Positions 27,324-38,927 of a stretch of DNA of 64,000 bases are shown here, in pieces. The notes beneath the pieces were generated by a model. That model made no database searches, was not told where the DNA came from, and worked only from the letters and a program-made list of their open reading frames with translations. Both the position numbers and the translations under genes were made by a program. Position 1 is the stretch's first letter, and every line of letters begins with the position of its first letter. Source of the stretch: Gammaproteobacteria bacterium (lineage in GTDB: Bacteria > Pseudomonadota > Gammaproteobacteria > AKS1); contig JALTKS010000038.1 in assembly GCA_027006175.1 (NCBI GenBank), positions 24,080 to 88,079 of the forward strand, written 5' to 3'.

Positions 27324-27929
27324 TTATAGGTTTAATGACTCTACTTTAGTCACATCATCTCTTTTCATCGGTTTACCATCAACCGGAGATAACGGCGCTT
27401 GTCGCTGACTTGAGATCGGAAAGACAACAATATCTATTGGTACATCACCGGCAATAAAACTATAGGAAGGATAAAACTCATATTTATCTTTTGTTAGTCT
27501 TAAACGTTTTTCACTTTGCTCATAGGGGATCGTATGTTCATTCAGGAATTGACCGAACAACTCGGGGGTATCTGAAAATAAATGCAGGTTTACATCTGAA
27601 TACTCACCTGCCGTGCCACGTTGAACTGAACCAACCAGTCTAGGTTCATATCGTTCTAACAAGTGCATGGCTTTAATCGCTGTTTGCCTTAACGCTTTTA
27701 ACCGTTGTGGTTGTGACTCAGCATGAAATAAACGCTGATACTCAAGCAGTGCTTGCTCTATATCAACATTACTGGGCATAACATGTTTATCAATAATGCC
27801 CAGGCTATTTGCCGCCTTCTGCTTTGCCATTAAAAAATCTTTAATGCCATGTTCTGAAATTAAACGTGCTGCTTCCTGAGAAATTCGCTGCCTCATATTC
27901 GTGTCAACACGATGTGATTTACGAGCCAT
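27324..27929 (-). CDS. Hypothetical protein downstream of ponA (possible degenerate nucleotidyltransferase fold)
   Basis: 201 aa starting 21 nt after the ponA stop on the same strand. LVGSVQRGTAGEYSDVNLHLF resembles the Pol-beta-type hGS-x10-DxD motif, with the second Asp replaced by Asn. Confidence 0.6.
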   Translation of the reverse strand: MARKSHRVDTNMRQRISQEAARLISEHGIKDFLMAKQKAANSLGIIDKHVMPSNVDIEQALLEYQRLFHAESQPQRLKALRQTAIKAMHLLERYEPRLVGSVQRGTAGEYSDVNLHLFSDTPELFGQFLNEHTIPYEQSEKRLRLTKDKYEFYPSYSFIAGDVPIDIVVFPISSQRQAPLSPVDGKPMKRDDVTKVESLNL

Positions 27930-27950
27930 ACTTTGGTACCTGTAACCTTT

Positions 27951-30545
27951 TTAGAAAATTTGTTCAGGTGCTTGCTCAACCTCAACAGTCTGGTCGTTTT
28001 CATTTACTGTTGTAATGTGTGCCGTTTGTTTTGGTATATTATCCATACGAAAAATTTCAAAAATAGCATTTGGCTGACCTTGTGCTGCTAACAAACCCGT
28101 ATCAGGATCAATCTTCACCGTTACAATTCCAGAAGGCACTTCTTTGGTTTTTTCAGGTACGCCCTTCATTGCCTTTTCCATAAAATAAATCCACATAGGT
28201 AAGGCTGCGGAAGAACCTGTTTCTCTTGAACCTAAAGGGTGATTGTTATCAAAACCCACCCATGCCGTTGTAACCAGGGTACTGCTATAACCTGAGAACC
28301 AGGCATCTTTTTGATCATTGGTGGTGCCTGTTTTACCTGCCAGATCTTTTCGACCAATACGTAATGCTCGTCGCCCTGTGCCTGAACGAATAACATCTGA
28401 AAGAATACTATCCATGATGTAATTATTCTGTTCCGTCATAACACGTGTCGCAAGTTTTATTGGTTTTTCTTGTGCTTTTACTTCAGAACTATTTTCAAGA
28501 TCGGCTGTAGCAATATTTTCAACTGGCAGTGACTGCTCAGTTTCTTCTGCCAATTCTTTTTGCAATGCCTGTTGCAACTCTAACTCAAGTTGTTTTTCAC
28601 ATTCACGACAAACTTGCACCGGATCAGTTTCAAAAATAATATTACCTTCGTCATCTTCAATACGGTCGATAAAATAAGGCATCACACGATAACCACCATT
28701 AGCAATCGCCGCATAGCCTGTTACTAACTCTAACGGTGTTACAGATGCACTACCTAATGCCAGAGATAAGTCTTTCGGTAATCTATTTGGGTCGAAACCA
28801 AATTTAGTTGCGTAATTAATTGCCGTTTTAATACCGATGGCTCTTAGCAAACGAATAGAAATTAAATTTCTTGATTTCATTAATCCTACACGTAAACGCG
28901 TAGGTCCAAAAAATTTGCCACTGTAGTTTTCCGGGCGCCAGGTATTTTCCAGACCGGAATCATCAAACACGACAGGCGCATCATTCACCATGCTCGCAGC
29001 CGTAAAACCATTATCCAATGCCGCTGAATAAATGAACGGTTTAAAATTTGAACCTGGTTGACGTTTTGCCTGTATGACACGATTAAACTTACTGTAGTAA
29101 AAATCAAATCCACCCACCAAGGCTTTTATTGATCCATCTTTAGGTTCCAAACTAACAATGGCACCTTTCACAACCGGTATCTGACTTAATTTTATTTTGT
29201 CTTCAACCGTTTTATGAATGCGAACAATATCACCCTGCTTAACAATATCTGCAGCATACTTAGGTGCTGGACCACGTTTATTTTCATCTATATAGGGTCT
29301 TGCCCATTTCAAACCATCCCAGTCAACTCTTATTAATTCACCATTTCTTAGAAAAACAGTGATCGCTTTTTCTTCTACATGAAGTACTACGGCTGGTAAC
29401 AGTCCACCGACAACCGGTATTTCACTTAAACGTTGCTTAACAGGGTAAGTGAGCTCTTCTGGCAATTTTTCAATCACGACCGCTTTAACAATATCTGTTT
29501 TAGGTCGATTTAAAGAGGGTGGCTCAATCGGCGGCAAGACATTTATTAATTCCTGAGTTAGTTTCATGCTCGATTCAGCACCACGATAACCGTGACGATA
29601 CTCGTAATCTGTCATGGTTCGACGCAATGCAGCGTTAGCAAAACGCTGTAAGCGCGTATCAACCGTTGTGTATACGCGATATCCCTGTGTATACGCCGAT
29701 TGTCCATACCGCTGTACCATCTCGGCACGTACCATCTCAGCAATATAAGGTGAGTCGAGCTCAACACTCAGACCATGCCAACTGGCATCATCAACTATGG
29801 CCGTTGCCTTCTCATAATCGACCTTACCTATATAACCCAACTCAAGCATTCGACCGAGGACATAATTCCTCCGTGTCATTGCCTTGCGCTTGTTTCTAAT
29901 TGGATTATTGGTTGAAGGTGCTTTAGGCAAACCGGCTATCATCGCCATCTGATCAAGCCTTAACTCATTGATATTCTTGCCATAATAGACTTGTGCTGCA
30001 GCGGAAACACCGTATGAACGGTGGCCTAAATAAATTTTATTAAGGTACAGCTCCAGAATTTCCTCTTTACTGATCTCTTGTTCTATCTTTAGCGCTAAAA
30101 ATATTTCACTTATTTTTCTTAAATAGGTTTTTTCCCTGGATAAAAAGAAGTTTCGCGCTACCTGCATCGTGATCGTTGAGCCACCCTGCCCTTTTCGACC
30201 CGTCTTGGCTAAATGCACAACGGCACGTAAAATCCCTTGATAATCGACACCAGGATGCTCGTAAAAGCGGTTGTCCTCGGCGGCAAGCACGGCTTTTAAC
30301 AACAAATCAGGGGCATTTTCATATTTTAGAGGTGAACGTTTTTTCTCACCAAACTCTGCTATGAGTGCTCCATCACGAGAAAGTACCCGCAATGGCGTTT
30401 GTAGCTGAACATCTTTTAAAACATCTGTTGAAGGCAAACTTGGTGCTAAATACACGTAAGCACCCGCGACTAAAACCACGCCAATTGTGAACGCTGTAAA
30501 TAGCCATATGACGCTAAGGCGAAGGAATTTAAAGAGAAATTTCAT
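27951..30545 (-). CDS. mrcA: Penicillin-binding protein 1A (bifunctional transglycosylase/transpeptidase)
   Basis: GT51 motifs AAEDNRFYEHPGVD, GGSTITMQVARN and RKISEIFLALKIE. Transpeptidase motifs SNFKP (SxxK), KSRN and KTGTT. I prefer the ATG at 30545 (MKFLFKFLRLSV...TM helix). The ORF track extends to 30602. Confidence 0.95.
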   Translation of the reverse strand: MKFLFKFLRLSVIWLFTAFTIGVVLVAGAYVYLAPSLPSTDVLKDVQLQTPLRVLSRDGALIAEFGEKKRSPLKYENAPDLLLKAVLAAEDNRFYEHPGVDYQGILRAVVHLAKTGRKGQGGSTITMQVARNFFLSREKTYLRKISEIFLALKIEQEISKEEILELYLNKIYLGHRSYGVSAAAQVYYGKNINELRLDQMAMIAGLPKAPSTNNPIRNKRKAMTRRNYVLGRMLELGYIGKVDYEKATAIVDDASWHGLSVELDSPYIAEMVRAEMVQRYGQSAYTQGYRVYTTVDTRLQRFANAALRRTMTDYEYRHGYRGAESSMKLTQELINVLPPIEPPSLNRPKTDIVKAVVIEKLPEELTYPVKQRLSEIPVVGGLLPAVVLHVEEKAITVFLRNGELIRVDWDGLKWARPYIDENKRGPAPKYAADIVKQGDIVRIHKTVEDKIKLSQIPVVKGAIVSLEPKDGSIKALVGGFDFYYSKFNRVIQAKRQPGSNFKPFIYSAALDNGFTAASMVNDAPVVFDDSGLENTWRPENYSGKFFGPTRLRVGLMKSRNLISIRLLRAIGIKTAINYATKFGFDPNRLPKDLSLALGSASVTPLELVTGYAAIANGGYRVMPYFIDRIEDDEGNIIFETDPVQVCRECEKQLELELQQALQKELAEETEQSLPVENIATADLENSSEVKAQEKPIKLATRVMTEQNNYIMDSILSDVIRSGTGRRALRIGRKDLAGKTGTTNDQKDAWFSGYSSTLVTTAWVGFDNNHPLGSRETGSSAALPMWIYFMEKAMKGVPEKTKEVPSGIVTVKIDPDTGLLAAQGQPNAIFEIFRMDNIPKQTAHITTVNENDQTVEVEQAPEQIF

Positions 30546-30732
30546 GATTACTCTATAACCAGTTGATTCTAAGTATGTGAACCGCATCAAAGTGTTGAAC
30601 AAGATAATCGATTATAAAGGACATGTGACTCCATGCGATAGTTCAAATTATAGATAATTAACATTGATAATTACTTGACTCTGGTATTTAATGTAGTTAA
30701 ATATAAAAGACTCGTAACTAACGGGATGATAA

Positions 30733-31817
<1,085 letters not shown>

Positions 31818-31818
<1 letters not shown>

Positions 31819-32411
31819 TGGCAAGGATTAACCTACTACCTTGGCGCGAGGAACAGCGCAAGGAGAGGATGAAACAGTTCCAAACTATCGCAGGGCTTGC
31901 GGCATTTCTCATGGTCGCCATTATAATCCTTGTTCATATACGCGTAGGTGGCATTATTGAAAATCAGGTTTCTCGTAATAATTATCTGAAAAAAGAGATT
32001 AAAACTCTCGAGAAACAAATAGCTGAGATTAAAGAATTAGAAAAAGAAAAATCTAATCTACTTGCTCGAATGAATATTATTCAACAACTACAGAGCTCCA
32101 GACCTCAGGTAGTACACGTGTTCGACCAAATGGTTAGCACAATTCCAGGTGGTGTTTATTTAACCAGTATCAAGAACATCGGTCCTTCGATTACATTTGA
32201 TGGTTTTGCACAATCAAATGCGCGTGTTTCTTCCTACATGCGTAATATTGATGATGCCGATTGGTTAACAAGCCCTCGTCTTGATGTAATAAAAACCATC
32301 AATGATAAAGGCCAACGAATAAGCAAATTTACCCTGGTTGTTAAACAAACAACGCCTGCTGCAAAAAAAGCTGCCGAAGCCGAAGCGGCTGAACAGGAGG
32401 CAGTTCAATGA
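31818..32411 (+). CDS. pilN: Type IV pilus assembly protein PilN
   Basis: 197 aa starting MARINLLPWREEQRKE, with one TM helix. The start overlaps the pilM stop. Confidence 0.92.
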
Positions 32412-33025
32412 ATATTTCTGAACTTAATGAATTAGATTTTCAGGATATGGGTAATTGGCCTATGCCTGCCAAAGCATTAGGTATTGCGTTCATGTGTGTG
32501 GTTATTTTATTTGCCGGTTATTGGTTTGATACCAAAGACCAGCTAGCCGAACTTGAACGCGCCGAACAACAAGAGCGCAAATTAAAAGCCCAATTTAAAA
32601 GTAATGCCAAAAAGGCGGCCAATATTGTTCTTTACAAACAGCAAATGGTAGACATGAAACAATCATTTGGTGCTATGTTAAAACAGTTACCTAGTGAAAC
32701 CGAGGTTGCTGAACTACTTGTTGATGTTTCTCAAACAGGGTTGGCAAGTGGTTTGGAATTCGACTTATTCAAAGTAGATGAAGAAGTGCCTTTAGAATTC
32801 TACGCAGAATTACCTATCCGAATTCGCGTTACAGGTAACTACCATGAATTTGGTAACTTTGTCAGCGGCGTGGCCGCTTTACCGCGCATTGTCACCTTGC
32901 ATGACTTCTCAATTTCTCGTAAGAAGAAGAGTGACCAATTAGTAATGGAGGCGACAGCTAAAACCTATCGTTACATAGATGAAGATATCACCGAACCAGA
33001 CGTAGCAGGAGGTGCAAAAAAATGA
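32408..33025 (+). CDS. pilO: Type IV pilus assembly protein PilO
   Basis: 205 aa with one TM helix and a coiled coil plus ferredoxin-like C-terminus. It shows 4-nt overlaps with both pilN and pilP. Confidence 0.9.
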   Translation: MNISELNELDFQDMGNWPMPAKALGIAFMCVVILFAGYWFDTKDQLAELERAEQQERKLKAQFKSNAKKAANIVLYKQQMVDMKQSFGAMLKQLPSETEVAELLVDVSQTGLASGLEFDLFKVDEEVPLEFYAELPIRIRVTGNYHEFGNFVSGVAALPRIVTLHDFSISRKKKSDQLVMEATAKTYRYIDEDITEPDVAGGAKK

Positions 33026-33576
33026 ATAATAAGCACCTTACAACAACCCGTTGGCTAGGTATTGCAACAATTAGCCTCTTGCTTAGTGCCTGTGGCAATA
33101 CATCGCATCAAGATTTAGCGGATTTCACCGCTAAAGTGAAGGCTGACGCCCAAAAGGTTTCCAGCATCGATGCCTTACCCGATATTCAGCCTTATGAAAC
33201 TTACCTCTATAAGGCAAATGATCGTCGTGACCCATTTACCGATACCGTTGTAACGGATGAAGCAGCAGTTGCCTCAACGGATGACAGTATCAAACCTCCA
33301 ACCAATCACCGCAAAGAGGCACTTGAAGCATTCCCTCTTGATTCATTACGTATGATTGGAACATTACAACGCGGCGATACACTTTGGGCTATTGTTAAAA
33401 TTCAAAATAATCCTGATGGTGGCATTCATCGCATCGTAACCGGTAATTACCTTGGCCAAAATTATGGTCGAGTAGTTGGCGTATCAGAAGAACAAATTAA
33501 TCTCATCGAAGTTATACCAAATGGACTTGGAGGCTGGCGTGAACGCGAAGCTTCCATTGCCCTGAGTGAAGAGTAA
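33022..33576 (+). CDS. pilP: Type IV pilus assembly lipoprotein PilP
   Basis: 184 aa with a lipobox (LLLSAC) and a C-terminal beta-domain (LDSLRMIGTL...AIVK...VTGNYLGQNYGRVVGVSEEQINLIE). Confidence 0.9.
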   Translation: MNNKHLTTTRWLGIATISLLLSACGNTSHQDLADFTAKVKADAQKVSSIDALPDIQPYETYLYKANDRRDPFTDTVVTDEAAVASTDDSIKPPTNHRKEALEAFPLDSLRMIGTLQRGDTLWAIVKIQNNPDGGIHRIVTGNYLGQNYGRVVGVSEEQINLIEVIPNGLGGWREREASIALSEE

Positions 33577-33587
33577 GGGGAAATACA

Positions 33588-35729
33588 ATGAGTGGAAACA
33601 CTACAAATACACGTTCGCAAGCAATGCGCAATAATAATATAATAAAATGCATAACAACATGGTTGTTCGCTGTAGCGGCTCTTTTGTTATTACCTGCCTC
33701 AGCGTACGCCGCGGCATCACTCGATGATATTAGCTACTCGACCTTACCGGGAAATCAGGTTCAGTTGAAACTTAGCTTATCAGGCGACGTAAAAGAACCT
33801 GTAAGCTTTACAACAGATAACCCCGCTCGAATCGCACTTACCTTTGCTGATACTGCCAGTAACGTTAAAAAGAAATCAACCAATATAAGCGTCGGGGTTG
33901 CACGCAGTGTTTCGGCTATTGAAGCAAGCGGACGTACACGCATTGTTGTTAATCTGGTTAAGCTTGTCCCTTACTCTCTAACCAGAAAAGGTGATGATAT
34001 TTATATCACTCTTAACACCGGAGGTAATAGCCGCAGCACGACAACAGCCGCTGAAACACCCGCAGCCGTTGCCATTGAAACCGGGCAGCATAGTATCAAT
34101 AATGTCGATTTTCGTCGTGGCGAGAAAGGTGAAGCACGCATTATTATTACAATGTCTGACCCCAAAACGATTGTTGATCTTAAAGAGGAAGGCGGAAAAA
34201 TTGTTGCTAATTTCCTTAACACAACATTACCGGATAATCTTGAACAAACCCTGGATGTACTCGATTTCGCCACACCTGTTAAACAAATAGACAGCTTTCA
34301 ACGTGGCGAGAATGTTAAGGTTGTTATCGATCCCGCCGTATTGGAATATGAACACCTTGCATACCAAACAGGTAATGTCATGACTATTGACGTTCGCCAA
34401 ATCAGTAAAGAAAAACAAGAAGAATTACGTAAGAAGAAATTTGGTTATGTGGGTGAGAAACTATCACTTAACTTCCAGAATATTGATGTTCGTGCTGTCT
34501 TACAATTAATTGCTGACTTCACAGGTCTTAACCTGGTTACCAGTGATACAGTTCAAGGCAACATCACCTTACGTCTGAAAAATGTTCCCTGGGATCAAGC
34601 AATGGATATTATCTTGAAGACCAAAGGCCTTTCTAAACGCCAAACAGGCAATGTTATTCTGGTTGCACCTACAGAAGAAATTGCTGCTCGTGAAAAACTA
34701 GAGCTTGAATCACAGAAACAAATTGAGGAACTTGCCCCATTACGTTCTGAATATATTCAGGTAAACTATGCAAAATCAAGTGAACTAGCTGAATTATTAA
34801 AGTCAGAAGATAACTCCTTATTGTCTATCCGAGGTAATGTCACTATTGATGAACGAACCAATACTTTATTGGTTCAAGACACGGCTGATAAACTGACTCA
34901 GATACGCAGACTGATCAGCACTCTTGATATTCCTGTACGACAAGTACTTATTGAATCTCGTGTGGTAGTTGCTAACGATGACTTCAGTAAAGATTTAGGT
35001 GTACGTTTTGGTATCAACAAAAACTCATCAAATACAGCCCAAAATGGTACTGTAATATCTGGAAGTCTAACTGGTGCGACAGACCAAATTCTCGACAGGG
35101 ATACGCTGGTACAACGAGACCGCTTAAGTGTTAATCTACCTGCATCACCAACAGATGCAACAGCAGCATCAATTGCTCTAGCCATTGCAAAACTACCATT
35201 TGGCAACTTGCTTGAACTAGAACTTTCAGCGCTACAACAAGAAGGCCGTGGTGAGGTTATTTCCAACCCTCGTGTTATTACTGCTAATCAGAAAGAAGCA
35301 TACATTGAACAAGGTACTGAAATTCCGTTCCTGACTGCTTCTGCAAATGGTTCGACAACCATTACCTTCAAGAAGGCAGTACTCAGTTTACGTGTTACCC
35401 CTCAAATTACACCGGATGATCGTGTTATCATGGATTTAACTGTAACTCAAGATACCATCGGTAGATTTATTAACCTACTCGGTTCGTCTGTACCCAGTAT
35501 CGATACTCAAGAAGTGACTACACAAGTATTAGTTGATAACGGTGAAACCGTAGTACTGGGTGGTGTATATCGACGTGAAACGCGTGATGAAACACAACGT
35601 GTACCATTCTTCGGTGACTTGCCTTACGTTGGGTTCTTATTCAAACAATCGGTCAATGTTAACGAAAAACAAGAATTATTGATTTTCGTTACACCAAAAA
35701 TTATCAAGGACACGCTTCGTCTTAATTGA
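33588..35729 (+). CDS. pilQ: Type IV pilus secretin PilQ (AMIN domains + secretin)
   Basis: 713 aa with a signal peptide and two AMIN-like N-terminal modules. It has the N0/N1 segment (LSLNFQNIDVRAVLQLIADFTGLNLV) and the secretin core (VPFFGDLPYVGFLFKQ...LLIFVTPKII). Confidence 0.95.
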   Translation: MSGNTTNTRSQAMRNNNIIKCITTWLFAVAALLLLPASAYAAASLDDISYSTLPGNQVQLKLSLSGDVKEPVSFTTDNPARIALTFADTASNVKKKSTNISVGVARSVSAIEASGRTRIVVNLVKLVPYSLTRKGDDIYITLNTGGNSRSTTTAAETPAAVAIETGQHSINNVDFRRGEKGEARIIITMSDPKTIVDLKEEGGKIVANFLNTTLPDNLEQTLDVLDFATPVKQIDSFQRGENVKVVIDPAVLEYEHLAYQTGNVMTIDVRQISKEKQEELRKKKFGYVGEKLSLNFQNIDVRAVLQLIADFTGLNLVTSDTVQGNITLRLKNVPWDQAMDIILKTKGLSKRQTGNVILVAPTEEIAAREKLELESQKQIEELAPLRSEYIQVNYAKSSELAELLKSEDNSLLSIRGNVTIDERTNTLLVQDTADKLTQIRRLISTLDIPVRQVLIESRVVVANDDFSKDLGVRFGINKNSSNTAQNGTVISGSLTGATDQILDRDTLVQRDRLSVNLPASPTDATAASIALAIAKLPFGNLLELELSALQQEGRGEVISNPRVITANQKEAYIEQGTEIPFLTASANGSTTITFKKAVLSLRVTPQITPDDRVIMDLTVTQDTIGRFINLLGSSVPSIDTQEVTTQVLVDNGETVVLGGVYRRETRDETQRVPFFGDLPYVGFLFKQSVNVNEKQELLIFVTPKIIKDTLRLN

Positions 35730-35755
35730 TAATTAACGCATAGCACGTCACAATC

Positions 35756-35784
35756 GGGGCCTGAGACTATCAGGCCCCTTTTTT
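35756..35784 (+). terminator. Rho-independent terminator after pilQ
   Basis: GGGGCCTGA (35756-35764) pairs with TCAGGCCCC (35770-35778) around a 5-nt loop, followed by TTTTTT (35779-35784). Confidence 0.8.
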
Positions 35785-35801
35785 ATGAAATCGTTAAAAC
35801 T

Positions 35802-36320
35802 ATGAATCACGCAAGCAATATATTTCTGGTTGGCCCTATGGGAGCCGGCAAAACCTCGGTTGGCAAACAGCTCGCCAAGGCACTCAAGCGTGATTTTCTT
35901 GATAGTGATAAGGAGATTGAAGACCGAACAGGCGTCAATATCCCCACTATTTTCGATATCGAAGGTGAAACCGGGTTTCGTTCTCGTGAACAACAAATCA
36001 TTGATGAATTAACACAATATGACCATCTCGTGCTCGCCACAGGGGGCGGGGCAGTCTTAAACAAAGACAACCAAAAGGCCTTACAATCACGAGGTACTGT
36101 ATTTTACCTTAGTGCCAGTATCGATCAGCTATACCAACGCACGCACCGTGATCGAAACAGGCCATTACTGCAAACAGACAACCCAAAACAAAAAATCAGT
36201 GAGCTATTAGCGATTCGTGATCCTATTTACCGCTCTGTAGCAGACTTTGTGATTGAAACTGATGGCCAAAGCGTACGTAAAGTCGTTGATGATATTTTAC
36301 TTTGCCTTGATGAAAACTAA
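35802..36320 (+). CDS. aroK: Shikimate kinase
   Basis: 172 aa with the P-loop [11 protein letters not shown]. It has the conserved position between pilQ and aroB. Confidence 0.95.
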   Translation: MNHASNIFLVGPMGAGKTSVGKQLAKALKRDFLDSDKEIEDRTGVNIPTIFDIEGETGFRSREQQIIDELTQYDHLVLATGGGAVLNKDNQKALQSRGTVFYLSASIDQLYQRTHRDRNRPLLQTDNPKQKISELLAIRDPIYRSVADFVIETDGQSVRKVVDDILLCLDEN

Positions 36321-36403
36321 CTTCAATACAAATCAATCTTACCCAAGACATTGATAGTCCAAACATTATATAATCTTTCTATTATTTCTTGAGAAAACAT
36401 GAG

Positions 36404-37498
36404 ATGAAAACATTAAACGTCGATCTGGGTACCCGCAGCTATCCTATCCATATCGGTACTGGACTGCTCGATAAGCCTGACCTCATTCGTTCCCATATTC
36501 AGGGGAACGAAGTCATGGTAGTGACCAATGACACCATTGCACCTCTCTATTTAGAACGCTGCCTGAAGTTACTCGATGGCTACGATATCGCCACAACCAT
36601 ACTGCCGGATGGTGAACAATATAAAACCCTTGATACACTTAATCTGGTTTTCGATGGACTCCTGAAAAAACACTTCACTCGCCGCTGTACACTGGTTGCC
36701 TTAGGTGGTGGCGTCATTGGTGATATAACCGGCTTTGCGGCAGCAAGCTACCAACGTGGCGTTAATTTTATCCAGATACCCACTACGCTGCTTGCCCAGG
36801 TGGATAGTTCAGTCGGTGGTAAAACCGGTGTCAATCACCCTCTTGGTAAAAATATGATTGGTGCTTTTCACCAACCTCAGTGTGTCATTGCCGATACAGA
36901 TACGCTCAATACCCTTGATGATCGTCAACTCTCTGCCGGTATTGCTGAAGTAATCAAATACGGTCTTATCAATGATGCCGAGTTCTTTAACTGGCTTGAA
37001 GACAATTTATCTAAATTAATGTCTCGTGATTCTGATGCGCTATCCCATGCCATTGAACGTTCATGCCATGACAAAGCCACCATTGTTGCCGCCGATGAAA
37101 AAGAAGCCGGTGTAAGAGCCTTGCTCAATCTTGGCCATACTTTTGGTCATGCTATCGAAACAGGTACTGGTTACGGAACCTGGCTACATGGCGAAGCGAT
37201 AAGCTGCGGTATGTTGATGGCGGCAGAACTCTCGCACAAACAGGGTTGGTTCACACAAGAGGAACTTAGCCGGACACAGACTATTTTAAGTCAGGCAAAT
37301 CTTCCTGTCTTACCACCGACCTCGATGAATAGTGAGCAATTTATCGACATTATGTCGGTTGATAAAAAAAACCTGGAAAAGAAAATTCGCCTTATTCTGA
37401 TGAAAGGAATTGGAAAAAGTTTTATCAGCGATGATTTCGATACCACCTTATTGAACGAAACATTATCTGATAGTCTTTCAAGGGCACAACAGGGATAA
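36404..37498 (+). CDS. aroB: 3-dehydroquinate synthase
   Basis: GGGVIGDITGFAAASYQRGVNFIQIPTTLLAQVDSSVGGKTGVN and LNLGHTFGHAIE. The ATG at 36404 (MKTLNV...) is preferred over the TTG at 36389 in the ORF track. Confidence 0.95.
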   Translation: MKTLNVDLGTRSYPIHIGTGLLDKPDLIRSHIQGNEVMVVTNDTIAPLYLERCLKLLDGYDIATTILPDGEQYKTLDTLNLVFDGLLKKHFTRRCTLVALGGGVIGDITGFAAASYQRGVNFIQIPTTLLAQVDSSVGGKTGVNHPLGKNMIGAFHQPQCVIADTDTLNTLDDRQLSAGIAEVIKYGLINDAEFFNWLEDNLSKLMSRDSDALSHAIERSCHDKATIVAADEKEAGVRALLNLGHTFGHAIETGTGYGTWLHGEAISCGMLMAAELSHKQGWFTQEELSRTQTILSQANLPVLPPTSMNSEQFIDIMSVDKKNLEKKIRLILMKGIGKSFISDDFDTTLLNETLSDSLSRAQQG

Positions 37499-37501
37499 CG
37501 C

Positions 37502-38659
37502 ATGCATAATCGTCATCTTGCCAGCTACGCAGCATTAGACGAAACAACTCGCGGACGTCGTCATACCGAAGAGTCTCCCGCCTATCGCGGCGAGTACCAG
37601 CGAGACCGTGACCGCATTATCCATTCCACCGCCTTCAGACGACTAGAATATAAAACGCAGGTTTTTGTCAATCATGAAGGTGATTTATTTCGTACTCGCC
37701 TTACCCACTCAATTGAAGTTGCACAAATTAGTCGCACCATTTCTCGTTCCCTTAATCTAAACGAAGACCTCTCGGAAACAATTGGTCTTGCTCATGATCT
37801 CGGACACACACCTTTTGGTCATGCAGGACAGGATGTACTGAATGAGTGCATGCAGGAATACGGTGGCTTTGAACACAATCTTCAATCTCTACGTGTTGTG
37901 GATGAACTCGAAGAAAAATATGCACAATTCCCTGGCCTGAATCTTACCTTTGAATCCAGAGAAGGCATTCTTAAACACTGCTCAAATAAAAATGCCAAAC
38001 TACTCGGTGATATTGGCGAGCGTTTTATTAATAAACATCAACCATCGCTGGAAGCGCAGCTAACAAATCTTGCCGATGAAATCGCCTACAATAGTCATGA
38101 TGTTGACGATGGTCTTCGCTCAGGACTCATTAGTTTACAACAACTTCGTGAAGTTGAATTTCTTGATACACTCTATGAAGATGTGGAAAAGAAATACCCT
38201 GAACTACCAGACCGACGTAAAATTTATGAAATTGTTCGTCGGCTAATCAGTATTCAAGTCATCGACCTTATTGAAACCAGCAAGGCACGAATTGACACAA
38301 TTAAACCAGAAACAATTGAAGATGTTCGCCAACATAGTGAAGCCATTATTTCCTATAGCAAAACCATGCGCGAACAAAACCTCGCTATCAAACGTTTCTT
38401 GCGTGAAAACCTCTACATGCACTACCGTGTTCGCAGAATGAGCGCAAAATCCTCACGAATGATAAAAGAATTATTTAATACCTTTATGGAAGATACTTTA
38501 TTGCTTCCACCTGAATATCAATCGCGTGTTAAACAACAAAAAACAGAATCTGGAGAACCCGGTAAGGCTCGTATCATTGCTGATTATATCGCAGGGATGA
38601 CAGATCGTTATGCCTTGGCGGAACACAGTAAACTATTTGATCCCAAGCAACTTACCTGA
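37502..38659 (+). CDS. dGTP triphosphohydrolase-like HD-domain protein
   Basis: 385 aa with RDRDRIIHSTAFRRLEYKTQVF, HSIEVAQISR, LAHDLGHTPFGH and DVDDGLR, typical of the dGTPase-like subfamily. Confidence 0.88.
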   Translation: MHNRHLASYAALDETTRGRRHTEESPAYRGEYQRDRDRIIHSTAFRRLEYKTQVFVNHEGDLFRTRLTHSIEVAQISRTISRSLNLNEDLSETIGLAHDLGHTPFGHAGQDVLNECMQEYGGFEHNLQSLRVVDELEEKYAQFPGLNLTFESREGILKHCSNKNAKLLGDIGERFINKHQPSLEAQLTNLADEIAYNSHDVDDGLRSGLISLQQLREVEFLDTLYEDVEKKYPELPDRRKIYEIVRRLISIQVIDLIETSKARIDTIKPETIEDVRQHSEAIISYSKTMREQNLAIKRFLRENLYMHYRVRRMSAKSSRMIKELFNTFMEDTLLLPPEYQSRVKQQKTESGEPGKARIIADYIAGMTDRYALAEHSKLFDPKQLT

Positions 38660-38666
38660 TTCCTAT

Positions 38667-38927
38667 ATGCGTATATATATGCAGCAAATACCATTAGAAC
38701 CAGGGCAGGCGCCTCGTTTTCTGCATCTTATTATTCAGGAAGATTTATTAAATGGGTGGTCATTAGTTCGTGAAATGGGTTATCAGGGGAATTCCGGCAG
38801 AGTACGACGCGATCACTTTGCTGATTATCCAGATGCAATGACTGCTATGCTAAAAGAACGTGACACACAAATTAAACGTGGCTACCAGGTCGTTTTTGTT
38901 GATGGACAAGGACAACATCATGAGTGA
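38667..38927 (+). CDS. Small WGR-domain-like protein
   Basis: About 86 aa from the ATG at 38667. RFLHLIIQEDLLNGWSLVREMGYQGNSGRVRRDHF...KRGYQVVF fits the single-domain bacterial WGR pattern, with WGR degenerated to MGY. The stop overlaps the next gene's start (ATGAGTGA). Confidence 0.6.
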   Translation: MRIYMQQIPLEPGQAPRFLHLIIQEDLLNGWSLVREMGYQGNSGRVRRDHFADYPDAMTAMLKERDTQIKRGYQVVFVDGQGQHHE

